Positions 39,716 to 49,800 of a stretch of DNA of 64,000 nucleotides are shown here, in pieces; within the stretch, counting starts at the first letter, position 1; each line of letters opens with the position of its first letter. This DNA is from a candidate division WOR-3 bacterium. GTDB taxonomy: Bacteria > Hydrothermota > Tepidihabitantia > Tepidihabitantales > Tepidihabitantaceae. The position numbers and the translations under genes are program-made. Under the pieces are notes generated by a model that worked only from the letters and a program-made list of their open reading frames with translations, made no database searches and was not told the origin of the DNA. Location: contig JABLXZ010000002.1 in assembly GCA_013177935.1 (NCBI GenBank), forward strand, positions 384,181 through 448,180, read 5' to 3'.

Positions 39716-39973
39716 ATGGCGCATAAGAAGGGTGGCGGTACCGCCAAAAATGGCCGCGACAGTGCGGGCAAGCGGCTGGGTGTAAAGGCTTATGGCGGTG
39801 AGTTTGTACGCACCGGTGAGGTGCTGGTGCGGCAGCGCGGGACCAGGATTCTGCCGGGCAAAAATGTTGGTCGGGGTAGCGATGACACACTTTATGCCCT
39901 GCAGGATGGGGTGGTCCGCTTTGAATGGGCAAGCCGGGATAAGAAGCGGATTTCGGTCTATCCGGCGAATTAA
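39716..39973 (+). CDS. rpmA: 50S ribosomal protein L27
   Basis: [24 protein letters not shown] canonical bL27 N-terminus, 85 aa. Confidence 0.9.
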   Translation: MAHKKGGGTAKNGRDSAGKRLGVKAYGGEFVRTGEVLVRQRGTRILPGKNVGRGSDDTLYALQDGVVRFEWASRDKKRISVYPAN

Positions 39974-40002
39974 AGGATGACATTTTCCGCAAAGGGGATG
40001 CA

Positions 40003-40659
40003 ATGAAGGTCAAGTGGTTGGGCCATGCCGCATTCCTTTTTACCACTGATGAGGGGTTGAAGATTCTTACCGACCCTTATGTGCCCGGTGCTTATGATGG
40101 CGCGGTCGGGTACGGCAAGATTCAGGAGGTGGCGGACATTGTTACGGTCAGCCATGAGCACGCGGACCACAATGGCGCGCGCGATTTGCCGGGAAGACCG
40201 CAGGTTCTGAAAGGCGAGGGTGAATGGACGATAAAAGGGGTGAAGATAAAAGGGGTTGCGACCTTTCACGACCCGGTAAAGGGCAAAGAGCGGGGCACAA
40301 ACACCGTCTTTATCTATGATGTTGACAACCTGCGTCTGGTGCACCTGGGTGATTTGGGGCACATTCCTGATAAGGCGGTGTTGTCGGTTCTGGGCAGGGT
40401 TGATGTCATCTTAGTGCCAGTGGGTGGTGTGTTTACGATTGACGCCCATCAGGCGGCTGAACTTGTCAGACTGGTTAAACCCCGGCTGGTAATTCCGATG
40501 CACTACAAGACACCGAAATTAGGGTTTGGTATCGCCGGGGTTGATGAGTTTTTGAAACTGGCGCCCGGAGTGAAGCAGACTGGCAAATCTGAGGTTGAGG
40601 TGAAAGCGGAACTGCTACCGGCAGGGACCGAAACCTGGGTGCTTTTACCAGCACTGTAA
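40003..40659 (+). CDS. MBL-fold metallo-hydrolase
   Basis: HxHxDH motif (SHEHADHNG), ~220 aa. Confidence 0.6.
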   Translation: MKVKWLGHAAFLFTTDEGLKILTDPYVPGAYDGAVGYGKIQEVADIVTVSHEHADHNGARDLPGRPQVLKGEGEWTIKGVKIKGVATFHDPVKGKERGTNTVFIYDVDNLRLVHLGDLGHIPDKAVLSVLGRVDVILVPVGGVFTIDAHQAAELVRLVKPRLVIPMHYKTPKLGFGIAGVDEFLKLAPGVKQTGKSEVEVKAELLPAGTETWVLLPAL

Positions 40660-40665
40660 GCGGAG

Positions 40666-41538
40666 GTGATGGTGGCGCAATCGGGTAACAGTCAATGCCG
40701 GGAGATTCCTTTTGAACTGGTGAAAGAGACGGTTGCCCGGTTGTGTATTGAGGCGAACTGCGTTTTAGGCGCGGATATGGTGCGGGCGCTGGAGAATGGC
40801 TTAAAGGCAGAAGAGTCGGAGACCGGCAAGGAGATTTTCCGGCAATTGCTGAAGAATCAGGAGATTGCCCGCGCCGATATGATGCCGATATGTCAGGACA
40901 CCGGTTGGGCGGTTGTCTGGGTTGAGATTGGTTCTGAGGTGCGAATTACCGGTGGTGAGCTGGGCACCGCGATTCAGGAAGGGGTGGCAAAAGGCTATAC
41001 CGAAGGTTATTTGAGAAAGTCAATTGTTGCGGACCCGTTGCGCCGAAAAAACACCGGCAACAACACGCCGGCGATTGTTTACTATGAGATTGTGCCCGGT
41101 AACCAGTTGAAGATAACAGTGCAGCCCAAAGGTGGGGGTAGTGAAAATATGAGTGAGGTGAAGATGCTCTCTGCCGCGGATGGGGTTGAAGGGATAAAGC
41201 GATTTGTGGTGGACCGGGTGTGGCGCTCGCAGGCGAACCCGTGTCCGCCGATTATCGTGGGCGTTGGTATTGGCGGGACATTTGAGAAGTGTGCACAACT
41301 GGCAAAACGGGCACTTTTACGCGAGGTGGGTTCGGTGCATCCGGACCCGTTTTATGCGCAACTGGAAGAGGAGTTGCTTAATGAAATCAACCGGCTGGGA
41401 ATTGGTCCGCAGGGTCTTGGGGGCAGGATTACTGCTCTGGCGGTGTTCATTGAGGCTTTCCCCTGTCACATTGCGATGATGCCCTGTGCGGTCAATATCA
41501 ACTGCCATGCGGCAAGGCATAAGAGTGCGGTTTTATGA
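40666..41538 (+). CDS. fumA: Class I fumarate hydratase / Fe-S hydro-lyase alpha subunit
   Basis: Fe-S hydro-lyase signature MPICQDTGWAVVWVEIG with conserved Cys ligands; followed by beta subunit with overlapping stop/start. Confidence 0.7.
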   Translation: MMVAQSGNSQCREIPFELVKETVARLCIEANCVLGADMVRALENGLKAEESETGKEIFRQLLKNQEIARADMMPICQDTGWAVVWVEIGSEVRITGGELGTAIQEGVAKGYTEGYLRKSIVADPLRRKNTGNNTPAIVYYEIVPGNQLKITVQPKGGGSENMSEVKMLSAADGVEGIKRFVVDRVWRSQANPCPPIIVGVGIGGTFEKCAQLAKRALLREVGSVHPDPFYAQLEEELLNEINRLGIGPQGLGGRITALAVFIEAFPCHIAMMPCAVNINCHAARHKSAVL

Positions 41539-42098
41539 CGGGTGAGCGTAAAAGAATCAGTACACCGTTGACCGATGATGTGGTCCGGCTTTTGCGTGCC
41601 GGAGATGCGGTGCTTTTGTCGGGCAGGGTTTACACCGCCCGGGACCTGGCACACAAAAGACTGGTGGAGAGTTTAGAGCGGGGTGAAAAACTGCCGTTTG
41701 AGATTCAGGGTGCGGTTATTTACTATGTTGGTCCCAGTCCGGCAAAACCGGGCAAACCAATTGGTGCGTGCGGGCCAACCACATCTTATCGGATGGACCC
41801 TTACACCCCGAAACTTTTGTCGGTCGGACTCAAAGGGATGATTGGCAAGGGCAACCGCAGTCCGGCAGTGATTGAGGCGATAAGGCGGCACGGTGCGGTT
41901 TACTTTGCCGCGGTGGGTGGTGCGGCAGCGCTTCTTGCCCAGTGCGTGAAACAGGCAACGCCGATCGCCTACGAGGATTTAGGTCCGGAAGCAATCCAGG
42001 AACTTTTAGTTGAAAACCTGCCGCTGATTGTGGTCAATGACTGTTATGGTGGCGACCTTTACGAGGAGGGCGTGAGGAGGTTTCGAAAGGAGGGTTGA
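41535..42098 (+). CDS. fumB: Class I fumarate hydratase / Fe-S hydro-lyase beta subunit
   Basis: ~185-aa beta-type catalytic domain, translationally coupled (ATGA overlap) to alpha subunit. Confidence 0.65.
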   Translation: MTGERKRISTPLTDDVVRLLRAGDAVLLSGRVYTARDLAHKRLVESLERGEKLPFEIQGAVIYYVGPSPAKPGKPIGACGPTTSYRMDPYTPKLLSVGLKGMIGKGNRSPAVIEAIRRHGAVYFAAVGGAAALLAQCVKQATPIAYEDLGPEAIQELLVENLPLIVVNDCYGGDLYEEGVRRFRKEG

Positions 42099-42856
42099 GG
42101 ATTATGGAAAAGCAAAAGACCAAAGGACGCCGGGCTAAGATAAAAGAGAACCAGGAGCAGGTACCGGGAAACGGTTCGCAGCAGTTTGTGACGATATATG
42201 TGATGGGTGAGGCGTATCAGGTGCCCAAAGAGTTGACGATTATGAAGGCGATGGAGTATGCCGGTTATCGGTTTATCCGGGGGTGCGGGTGCCGGGGAGG
42301 TTTTTGCGGTGCCTGCGGCACGGTGTATCGAACCAAAGACTCCTATAAACTGAAGGTTGGGCTCGCCTGCCAGACGGTGGTGGAAGATGGGATGTATCTG
42401 ACCCAGATTCCCTTTTATCCGGCAAACAAAAAGATTTACAACATTGACGAACTCAAAGCGGACACCCAGGTTTTGGTGCGGTACTATCCGGAACTGATGC
42501 GCTGTATCGCCTGCAACTCCTGCACAAAAATCTGTCCCCAGGACATTGATGTGATGGGTTATGTGCAGGCGGCGATTAGGGGCGACATCGCTAAGGTCGC
42601 AGATATGTCGTTTGACTGTATTATGTGCGGGCTCTGTGCCAGCCGCTGTCCAGCCGAGATTGTCCATTACAATGTGGCACTACTTGCCCGCCGGCTTTAC
42701 GGTGCGAAGATTGCACCCCGGGCGGCGCATCTTCAGGAACGGCTGAAGGAGATTGAAACCGGGGCGTTTGAGCCGGGGCTGGACAAACTGACAAGGATGA
42801 GTGAAGAAGAGCTTTCCCGTCTCTACTACGAGGCGCGGGATATTGAACCGGAGTAA
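42095..42856 (+). CDS. Succinate dehydrogenase/fumarate reductase iron-sulfur subunit
   Basis: [2Fe-2S] CGCRGGFCGACG plus two ferredoxin-type clusters CIACNSCTKICP / CIMCGLCASRCP. Confidence 0.7.
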   Translation: MRIMEKQKTKGRRAKIKENQEQVPGNGSQQFVTIYVMGEAYQVPKELTIMKAMEYAGYRFIRGCGCRGGFCGACGTVYRTKDSYKLKVGLACQTVVEDGMYLTQIPFYPANKKIYNIDELKADTQVLVRYYPELMRCIACNSCTKICPQDIDVMGYVQAAIRGDIAKVADMSFDCIMCGLCASRCPAEIVHYNVALLARRLYGAKIAPRAAHLQERLKEIETGAFEPGLDKLTRMSEEELSRLYYEARDIEPE

Positions 42857-42859
42857 AAG

Positions 42860-44488
42860 ATGTATCCAGAGTCAATGCAGGAGTCAATAAAAAAACTGGA
42901 GGCGACCAGGCAGGAGCGAATCAAGCAGGGGAAGATTCCGTTGCTTGATGCCGAAAGTAAGAAGGCGCTCTTGAAGTCGTTCCATCCCGATTACATTGAG
43001 ACCAGTATGCGGGCGCTCACCGTTGGTCCAAACAAGGGCGACCGAACACCGCACGAACTGGCAGACCTGCTGGAAGCCTGGCCCCTGGTTGAGCCGAAGC
43101 GGTTTGACCCGGACAATCCAAAGTTTGATGTTGATGTGTTAATTATCGGTGGTGGTGGTGCCGGCGTGGCAGCGGCGTTAACTGCGGCAGAGTACGGGGC
43201 AAAGGTGCTTTTGACCACGAAACTGCGGCTTGGTGATGCCAATACGATGATGGCACAGGGCGGAATTCAGGCGGCAGACAAGCCGAACGACTCGCCGGAA
43301 AGGCACTACCTTGATGTTTTGGGTGGGGGGCATTTCAAAAATATTCCGGAACTGGCACGGGCGCTGGTTACCGACGCACCGGGCATCATCGCCTGGCTGG
43401 AAAAGTTGGGGGTGATGTTTGACAAAGAGCCGGACGGCACGATGAAGACGATTCACGGCGGTGGCACATCCCGTAAGCGGATGCACGCCTGCCGGGACTA
43501 CACCGGTGCCGAGATTATGCGCACCCTGCGGGACGAGTTTCGCAACCGGGAACTGATGGTCCTGGAGTTCTGTGCGGCGCTGGAACTTTTGACCGACGAT
43601 GAGGGCGCCTGCACCGGTGCGGCGTTTGTCAACTTAGATACGAATGAGTTGTTCACGGTGCGGGCAAAGACGGTGATTCTCGCGACCGGCGGCTGTGGCA
43701 GACTGCACATTCAGGGGTTCCCCTGCACCAACCATTATGGCGCAACCGCGGATGGTCTGGTTTTAGCCTATCGGGCAGGGGCAAAACTGGCGTTTATCGA
43801 CACGATTCAGTACCATCCCACCGGTGTTGCCTATCCGGAGCAGATTGTCGGGCAGTTGATTACCGAAAAGGTGCGCGGGCTTGGTGCCCATCTGGTCAAT
43901 GTGCACGGCAACCGGTTTATCTACGAACTGGAGAGCCGGGACATTACCGCATCGGCAATCATCCGGGAGTGCGTGGGCAGAAAAAACGGGGTTGTGACCC
44001 CAACTGGCAGGCTTGGAGTGTGGCTTGATACACCGCTGATTGAAATCCTTAAAGGTGAAGGTGCGGTCAAGGCTAATCTGCCCGCGATGTACCACCAGTT
44101 TGCCCGGTTCGGGATTTATATGGACAAAGAGCCGATTTTGACCTATCCCACCCAGCACTATCAGAACGGTGGGGTTTTAATCAACGACCAGGGCGAGACC
44201 GGGGTAAAGAACCTTTATGCCGCGGGTGAAGTGGCAGGTGGTATTCATGGCAGAAACCGGCTGATGGGCAACTCGCTTCTGGACATCCTGGTTTTTGGTC
44301 GCAGGGCGGGCAGAAGTGCGGCGGAAAAGGCAAAAAAGACAGCGGTGCGCAGTTGCGGGTTCAAGCATCTGAGCCAGTTTGAGGCGGAATTGAAAAAGGC
44401 AGGGGTGCCGAAAAACCGGCGCTCACCGATGGTCTTACCCGAATACCGCAGACCCGAACTGCAGACCCCGCTGGCGTTTGTCGAATAG
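42860..44488 (+). CDS. Succinate dehydrogenase/fumarate reductase flavoprotein subunit (FAD-binding)
   Basis: N-terminal FAD dinucleotide fold VLIIGGGGAGVAAAL, ~540 aa, downstream of Fe-S subunit. Confidence 0.65.
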   Translation: MYPESMQESIKKLEATRQERIKQGKIPLLDAESKKALLKSFHPDYIETSMRALTVGPNKGDRTPHELADLLEAWPLVEPKRFDPDNPKFDVDVLIIGGGGAGVAAALTAAEYGAKVLLTTKLRLGDANTMMAQGGIQAADKPNDSPERHYLDVLGGGHFKNIPELARALVTDAPGIIAWLEKLGVMFDKEPDGTMKTIHGGGTSRKRMHACRDYTGAEIMRTLRDEFRNRELMVLEFCAALELLTDDEGACTGAAFVNLDTNELFTVRAKTVILATGGCGRLHIQGFPCTNHYGATADGLVLAYRAGAKLAFIDTIQYHPTGVAYPEQIVGQLITEKVRGLGAHLVNVHGNRFIYELESRDITASAIIRECVGRKNGVVTPTGRLGVWLDTPLIEILKGEGAVKANLPAMYHQFARFGIYMDKEPILTYPTQHYQNGGVLINDQGETGVKNLYAAGEVAGGIHGRNRLMGNSLLDILVFGRRAGRSAAEKAKKTAVRSCGFKHLSQFEAELKKAGVPKNRRSPMVLPEYRRPELQTPLAFVE

Positions 44489-44505
44489 TTTATAAATAAT
44501 AAAAC

Positions 44506-44533
44506 AAAAGGCGGGCAAAACGCCCGCCTTTAC
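44506..44533. terminator. Bidirectional rho-independent terminator
   Basis: AAAAGGCGGGCaaaaCGCCCGCCTTT between convergent genes. Confidence 0.65.
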
Positions 44534-44547
44534 TTTCTTTCAGTTTC

Positions 44548-45183
44548 TCAGTTCAATAATAGGAGTTTCCCCTGCCATGTGATGTATTCGGAACGGACCT
44601 TCAGGATATAGACACCTTTTGATAGATGACAGACATTGAGATGAGCAGCGCCGGAACCGGCTGGGGTAATTGAGCGAGTAAGAACTAAAGTGCCGTTAGG
44701 TGCGTAGATTTGGACAATTGCCCGATTTGTTGGTGGAAGTCCGTTTACCTGAATCCAGCCTTTGGGTGCAGGATTAGGAGTAACCGTAAGGTGAAATACA
44801 TTGTGATTAATTGGGCCATTCAATCCGCTGAGCGTTGTGTCAAAGCGCACCGCACTTCCTTCTATGTCATACCAGGTGTCACAGAGAACTTGGTCAATGA
44901 CAAATGAACGGGGCATACCGTTGATTTGAGCAAACAGTTCGATTCTTATGGGCCATTGCTCCTTGGGAGAAAACTGAAATGTGTCAAGAGAACTTGGCGG
45001 ACCACCCCAGCCCGGAGTTGATTCCATTACCGGTTGAGGCTGAAGGAAAAAGTACCAGCGCATGCTGTCAATCTGAGTAGAATTCATACCGGTGTTAAGG
45101 TAGCCGTAGATGTCCAGCGCCGGCAGTCGGACAGGAATGAGCAAGACAACTAAAACTACGGCGGGAATCAATCCTTTTTTCAT
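44548..45183 (-). CDS. Hypothetical secreted protein with T9SS-like C-terminal domain
   Basis: Start refined to MKKGLIPAVVLVVLL (AGGAG SD); C-terminal beta tail (KGVYILKVRSE...). Confidence 0.45.
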   Translation of the reverse strand: MKKGLIPAVVLVVLLIPVRLPALDIYGYLNTGMNSTQIDSMRWYFFLQPQPVMESTPGWGGPPSSLDTFQFSPKEQWPIRIELFAQINGMPRSFVIDQVLCDTWYDIEGSAVRFDTTLSGLNGPINHNVFHLTVTPNPAPKGWIQVNGLPPTNRAIVQIYAPNGTLVLTRSITPAGSGAAHLNVCHLSKGVYILKVRSEYITWQGKLLLLN

Positions 45184-45249
45184 ATTCACTCCTTTCCCTT
45201 TTCCCAAGTAGAATTATACCAGAATTTAGCGCTAAAGTCCAGTGTGAGG

Positions 45250-46578
45250 TTATTCAAGTTTAATGAACTTCGCGGTATTGGTTTCGCCTTGGCGCACAAA
45301 ATAGACACCGGGCATAAGGTTGCTGATGTTGTTTTCTCCCGGGGTTAATATGACGGTTAATTTGCCGGTGGCGTCGTACAGGGCAACGGGCGTGGTGCTT
45401 AAAACCCGGAGGGTATTGTATGCCGGATTAGGAGTAATGAGTTTGGTTTTCGGTTGGCACAAACCTTCGGTGCCGTTTTCTTCTATGCCGAGGGAGTTAA
45501 AGCGATAAAAAACTTCAACATTACCGGTCTGGCGGCTGGTCCAGAAGGCGTGGAGGTCGTTCATTCCGTCAACTGCGATTTGAGGTTTGGCACGAGTGCC
45601 TTCGGCATCACCCGATATTTTCACCGTATCGGACCAAGAAGAGCCATTGTCGGTGGAATAAAACCAGAGGACGCGATTGTCTTCTTTAAGACTGAGCGCA
45701 TGGGTTACGCCGGTGGGTAAAAATGCGATATCGTTGATAAGGGCGCGCAGGGTTGTTTCATTAAGCCAGTTGTCGCCGCCATCGGTGGACCGTCGGAAAT
45801 TGCGGGTCTGGCCAAAAATTGTAAAGGATAGGAATAGATAATTACCATTAGCCCAGATGCCTACGGGAACCGTCTGACTGGAGGTCGAAATTTGCCGCGG
45901 TGAATTCCATGTTGTGCCATTATCGGTGGAACGGAGATAATAGGTTTGGGCGTTACCCATACCGCCATAGGCGTAAGCGATATGAATTGCGCTGCCACTG
46001 GTAGCAGCACAGATGCTCTGGAAACCGGTCTGAGTGATAACATCAGTACGGTTCCAGTTTGTCCCGCCATCGGTTGACTTGTAGAGTTCTAATTGAGGCG
46101 GGGTGGTGGGTTTAACATTTAGTATATATACATTTTGGGGACCATTTGTTAATAAAAGAGGGACATCAACTTCAGCGGTTACCTGTTGAGCGGTGGACCA
46201 GGTTGCGCCGGCGTCGGTCGAGCGTCGATACCACAATCCGCCATCAGCCCGGCGATTGATAAAGTGCACATTACCGGAACTATCGGCAGCGATGCTGAAT
46301 GTATAACTATAAGGCATCTCGTCAATTACAGACGGCGAAGCCCATGTTGCTCCCCGGTCTGTGGAGCGAAGATAGAGTACTTTCCTATCGCCGCCAACCA
46401 CATCAGAATAAACGATATGCAGGTTATTACCCATTACCGCTACCGCTCTACCAGAGAAGGGCATATTGGAGTTGTCTGGTGAGACGGTTAGCTGACGGAT
46501 TGCTCCCCAGTCGGCATAGGCATTGAGGCTACAAATCAGCATCAAACCGATGCTTATTACTATTGGCAGTCTTTGCAT
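45250..46578 (-). CDS. BNR/Asp-box repeat beta-propeller protein with T9SS C-terminal domain
   Basis: Six Asp-boxes (STDRGATW, STDAGATW, STDGGTNW, STDNGTTW, STDGGDNW, STDNGSSW); start refined to MQRLPIVISIGLMLICSLNAYA with GGAGG SD. Confidence 0.6.
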   Translation of the reverse strand: MQRLPIVISIGLMLICSLNAYADWGAIRQLTVSPDNSNMPFSGRAVAVMGNNLHIVYSDVVGGDRKVLYLRSTDRGATWASPSVIDEMPYSYTFSIAADSSGNVHFINRRADGGLWYRRSTDAGATWSTAQQVTAEVDVPLLLTNGPQNVYILNVKPTTPPQLELYKSTDGGTNWNRTDVITQTGFQSICAATSGSAIHIAYAYGGMGNAQTYYLRSTDNGTTWNSPRQISTSSQTVPVGIWANGNYLFLSFTIFGQTRNFRRSTDGGDNWLNETTLRALINDIAFLPTGVTHALSLKEDNRVLWFYSTDNGSSWSDTVKISGDAEGTRAKPQIAVDGMNDLHAFWTSRQTGNVEVFYRFNSLGIEENGTEGLCQPKTKLITPNPAYNTLRVLSTTPVALYDATGKLTVILTPGENNISNLMPGVYFVRQGETNTAKFIKLE

Positions 46579-46736
46579 TTTTCTTCCTCCTTTTTTATCT
46601 TTTTTATAATAATACATTAGTGGTGTGCGACCGGGTTGTGTGCCGTTATAAACCACAGGTAATAAATATACCAAATTAATTTTTATTGTCAAATAAAACC
46701 CGTTGCTGGAATTGTGACGGTCTTTTAAAAAATTGC

Positions 46737-46764
46737 TTGACAAGAGGAATTATAGAAATATAAT
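46737..46764 (+). promoter_or_regulatory. Sigma70-like promoter TTGACA-N16-TATAAT
   Basis: Same architecture as promoter at 16124; ~125-nt leader contains 8-bp hairpin ATGAGGTG/CACCTCAT. Confidence 0.55.
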
Positions 46765-46890
46765 ATATACGCTCACCAAAAGGGTGACATCCGAATTAAA
46801 ATGGGTGAGAGAATGCACCTGAAAATATGAGGTGGCACAAAACACCTCATAAGGTGCGGTAAAAAGTAAAAACCAAAAAAGGAGGCTTGG

Positions 46891-49800
46891 ATGAACAGAA
46901 GCATAGGAATGGGCGTTCTGACGCTGCTCGTTTTGACCGGCGTCGGGTTTGCGCTCACTCCGACCCTACCACCGGCATCCCTTACCGATTTGCCGCCGGA
47001 GGTTGCCTATGCACAGACCGTTCAGTTCTGGGTTACGGGTGACGGTCAGGTAATTCACACCCCGACCCTGAAGGATGTGCAGGAGGCAATTGAGGCGGGA
47101 ATTCTGGCGCCGGGAACGGTTCTTGGTAACGGCGGCGGTGAGCCTCAGCCCTTACCGGTTGACGAGTTTATGTGGCCCATGCATGGACACGATGTCTACC
47201 AGAACGCATGGAACCCATTAATCCCTCAGGATACACTGCGTTCGCTCTGGACTGCGACCTATACAAGCGCGGCTTGGGCACCATGGTTCGGCTATCCAGC
47301 AATCGCTGCCGGGAAAGTGGTTTATGTCGATTGCGGCACGGGCTATCTATACTGCCGTGATATAACCGATGGAACCGTAATTTGGAGCACCCAAGTTCAG
47401 GCATCCTCTTACTATCCTGGTTCACCGGTGATTTTTGAGGGTACCGGCGGTCAGCTCTGGGTCGCAGTTCCGAACTATGGAACAAGCGGCAACACCCCAA
47501 GGGTTAGCTGCTATCGGCTGGATAACGGTCAATCGGTCTGGACAGCAGCAGTACCGCTGGGTTCTGCTGGTGCCAGTAGTACGAACCTCAACTTCAACCG
47601 TCCGGTTTACTATAATGGCTACATCTATCACATAACCCTTGAATTTAGTACTCCCTACGGTGGCGTACTCTATCGGGTGAACGCTCTGACCGGCGACACA
47701 ATGCGGTTAAGCACCCGGGGTTCTTCCTGCGGTGGTGCTCTTACCATCGACCCGAATGGTCAGTATGGTTACTGGCCCTGCTGGAACCCGGCATCGCCTT
47801 CCAACCCGAAGATTATGAAGATCAACCTGGCGACGGGCGCGCTGGTTGACTCCACGCCGGTGATTACCGACTATCCAAGAGGTTCGGTAGCAATTAACCC
47901 GACAACGAGAAGGCTGTTCTGTGGTGGTTCCGCTTCCACTTCCGGTTCTGGTTCCATTCGCTGCTATAATGCCGATAATCTTGCTGCCGGTCCGATATGG
48001 ACCTTCACAACCAGTGGCGGGCACGACATCCAGTACCCGGCGATTGACTATGAAAATGTATATTACACCACACAGTCTACACCCGGCCGTCTGTATGCGG
48101 TAAAGCAGTCGGATGGTACCGGTGCCTGGAACACGCAGGGATACATTACGGTTCCTGACAACAGCGCAATATACGATGGTGTACCTTGTGTCACCGGCGC
48201 GGTCGGTTCAACCCGTTATGTTTACCTGACACCAGGGTACTACACTGGTGCCAACATCTGGGTGGTCAATGCGGCTAATGGTAACACGGTGCAGTATCGG
48301 CAGGTATCATCCAGTGAGTATATGTTCACTGGTGCGTCTCGGCCCGCTGGGTACTTTGTTTCCAAATCGGGTTACGGAACGATATTCTGTTTCCGTTCAC
48401 CGAACGACCTGACAATCCGCAATCATGACATCGCAGCCTATCGCATTGACATTCCAGAGGGTGTCAAACTTACACCCGGACAGACAATCACACCTACAGT
48501 AACCTACATCAACTACGGCACCAACAATGAGGCGAACTTCCTGGTGGCTTTCCGGGTGGACTCGGCAGACCAGAACCTTTATCTTGAAGGTGTACTGATT
48601 ACCGACTCGGTCCTTTCCGGTGACACATTCAGCGTAACTTTCCCGGATTGGACACCGGCGAATCAGTACTGGGCTGGATACCAGATTAAGGCGTGGGTGG
48701 AACTGACAGGCGATGAGGCACCAGGCAACGACACGGTGCGGCGCGCCTGTATGACTACGACCGACACCTGCTACTCCTACCGCAGCAACAATGCGCCCTC
48801 AATTGACGGCTATCTTGCCGCGGGCGAATGGGACGACGCCTACTATGTGAATGTTTCCAATATTGCCGGATGGGGTGGAATGACACAGAGTAGTAATGCC
48901 GCCTGGATGCGGTTGAAGCACGACGGCAATAACCTCTACCTCGCATTCGGTATGCCGCAGGCGATGACCCGTGATGCCGGAGACCAGATTGGTTTCTATC
49001 TGGATGAGAGTGGTGATGGTGAATGGGCAACCGACAACTCGGAAGGCAACTACTGGTTCTGGGTGAACCAGTACAACAATGACGAGGTGCTATACCGCTG
49101 GCATACCCCGGACACCTTCGGTCAGCAGTTAACCGTGCCGGGTGCTCAGTCTGCATCTGGTACTCTCAATGGCTATCTGGTGTTTGAGGTGAAGGTGCCG
49201 TTTGGTACACTGCCTTACCAGATTTCGATGAATCCGGTGAATGACACCGGCAAGTTGTGGCTGTTTAGCCTTGACGGCTCTTCGTTCTACGGCTGGTGGC
49301 CCGCTGATATGCCTGATACCCTCTGGCGACAGCCGATGTATTACGGTACATTCATCCTGCGCACCCTGCAGACCGGTGATGTGGGTGTGAAGTCGATTGA
49401 TGCCCCGCGCAGCGCTCGTCCGGGCGATGCGGTTGTGCCCAAGGCGACCTGGAAGAACTTTGGCACAACATCAATGAACTTCACCGCCTACTACCTGATG
49501 AACGACCCGAGCGGGACAAGGGTTTACTCCGAGTCTCAGACCGCAACCCTGGCGGGTGGCGCTGAGATTCAGTTGACCTTCCCGTCCTATGTGGTCAACA
49601 CTGAGGGTGATTGGGCGGTTAAGTGCTCAACCGTTGCCGGCGGTGATGTCAATGCCGCAAACGACATCAGGACCGGCACATTCCGGGTGAGCACCGCACC
49701 ACCGGTAACTCCGGGCTGGGTTGAGGTGAAGTCGATTCCGGGTGCGCCGAAAGACGGTGCGTTCCTTGCATTCAATCCGGACAACGGGTTGATTTATGCG

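Noticed and set aside
39792-40362. ORFs antisense to or overlapping rpmA and MBL hydrolase (39714..40046 -, 39970..40362 -)
   Set aside because: They overlap well-supported genes (L27 is unmistakable).
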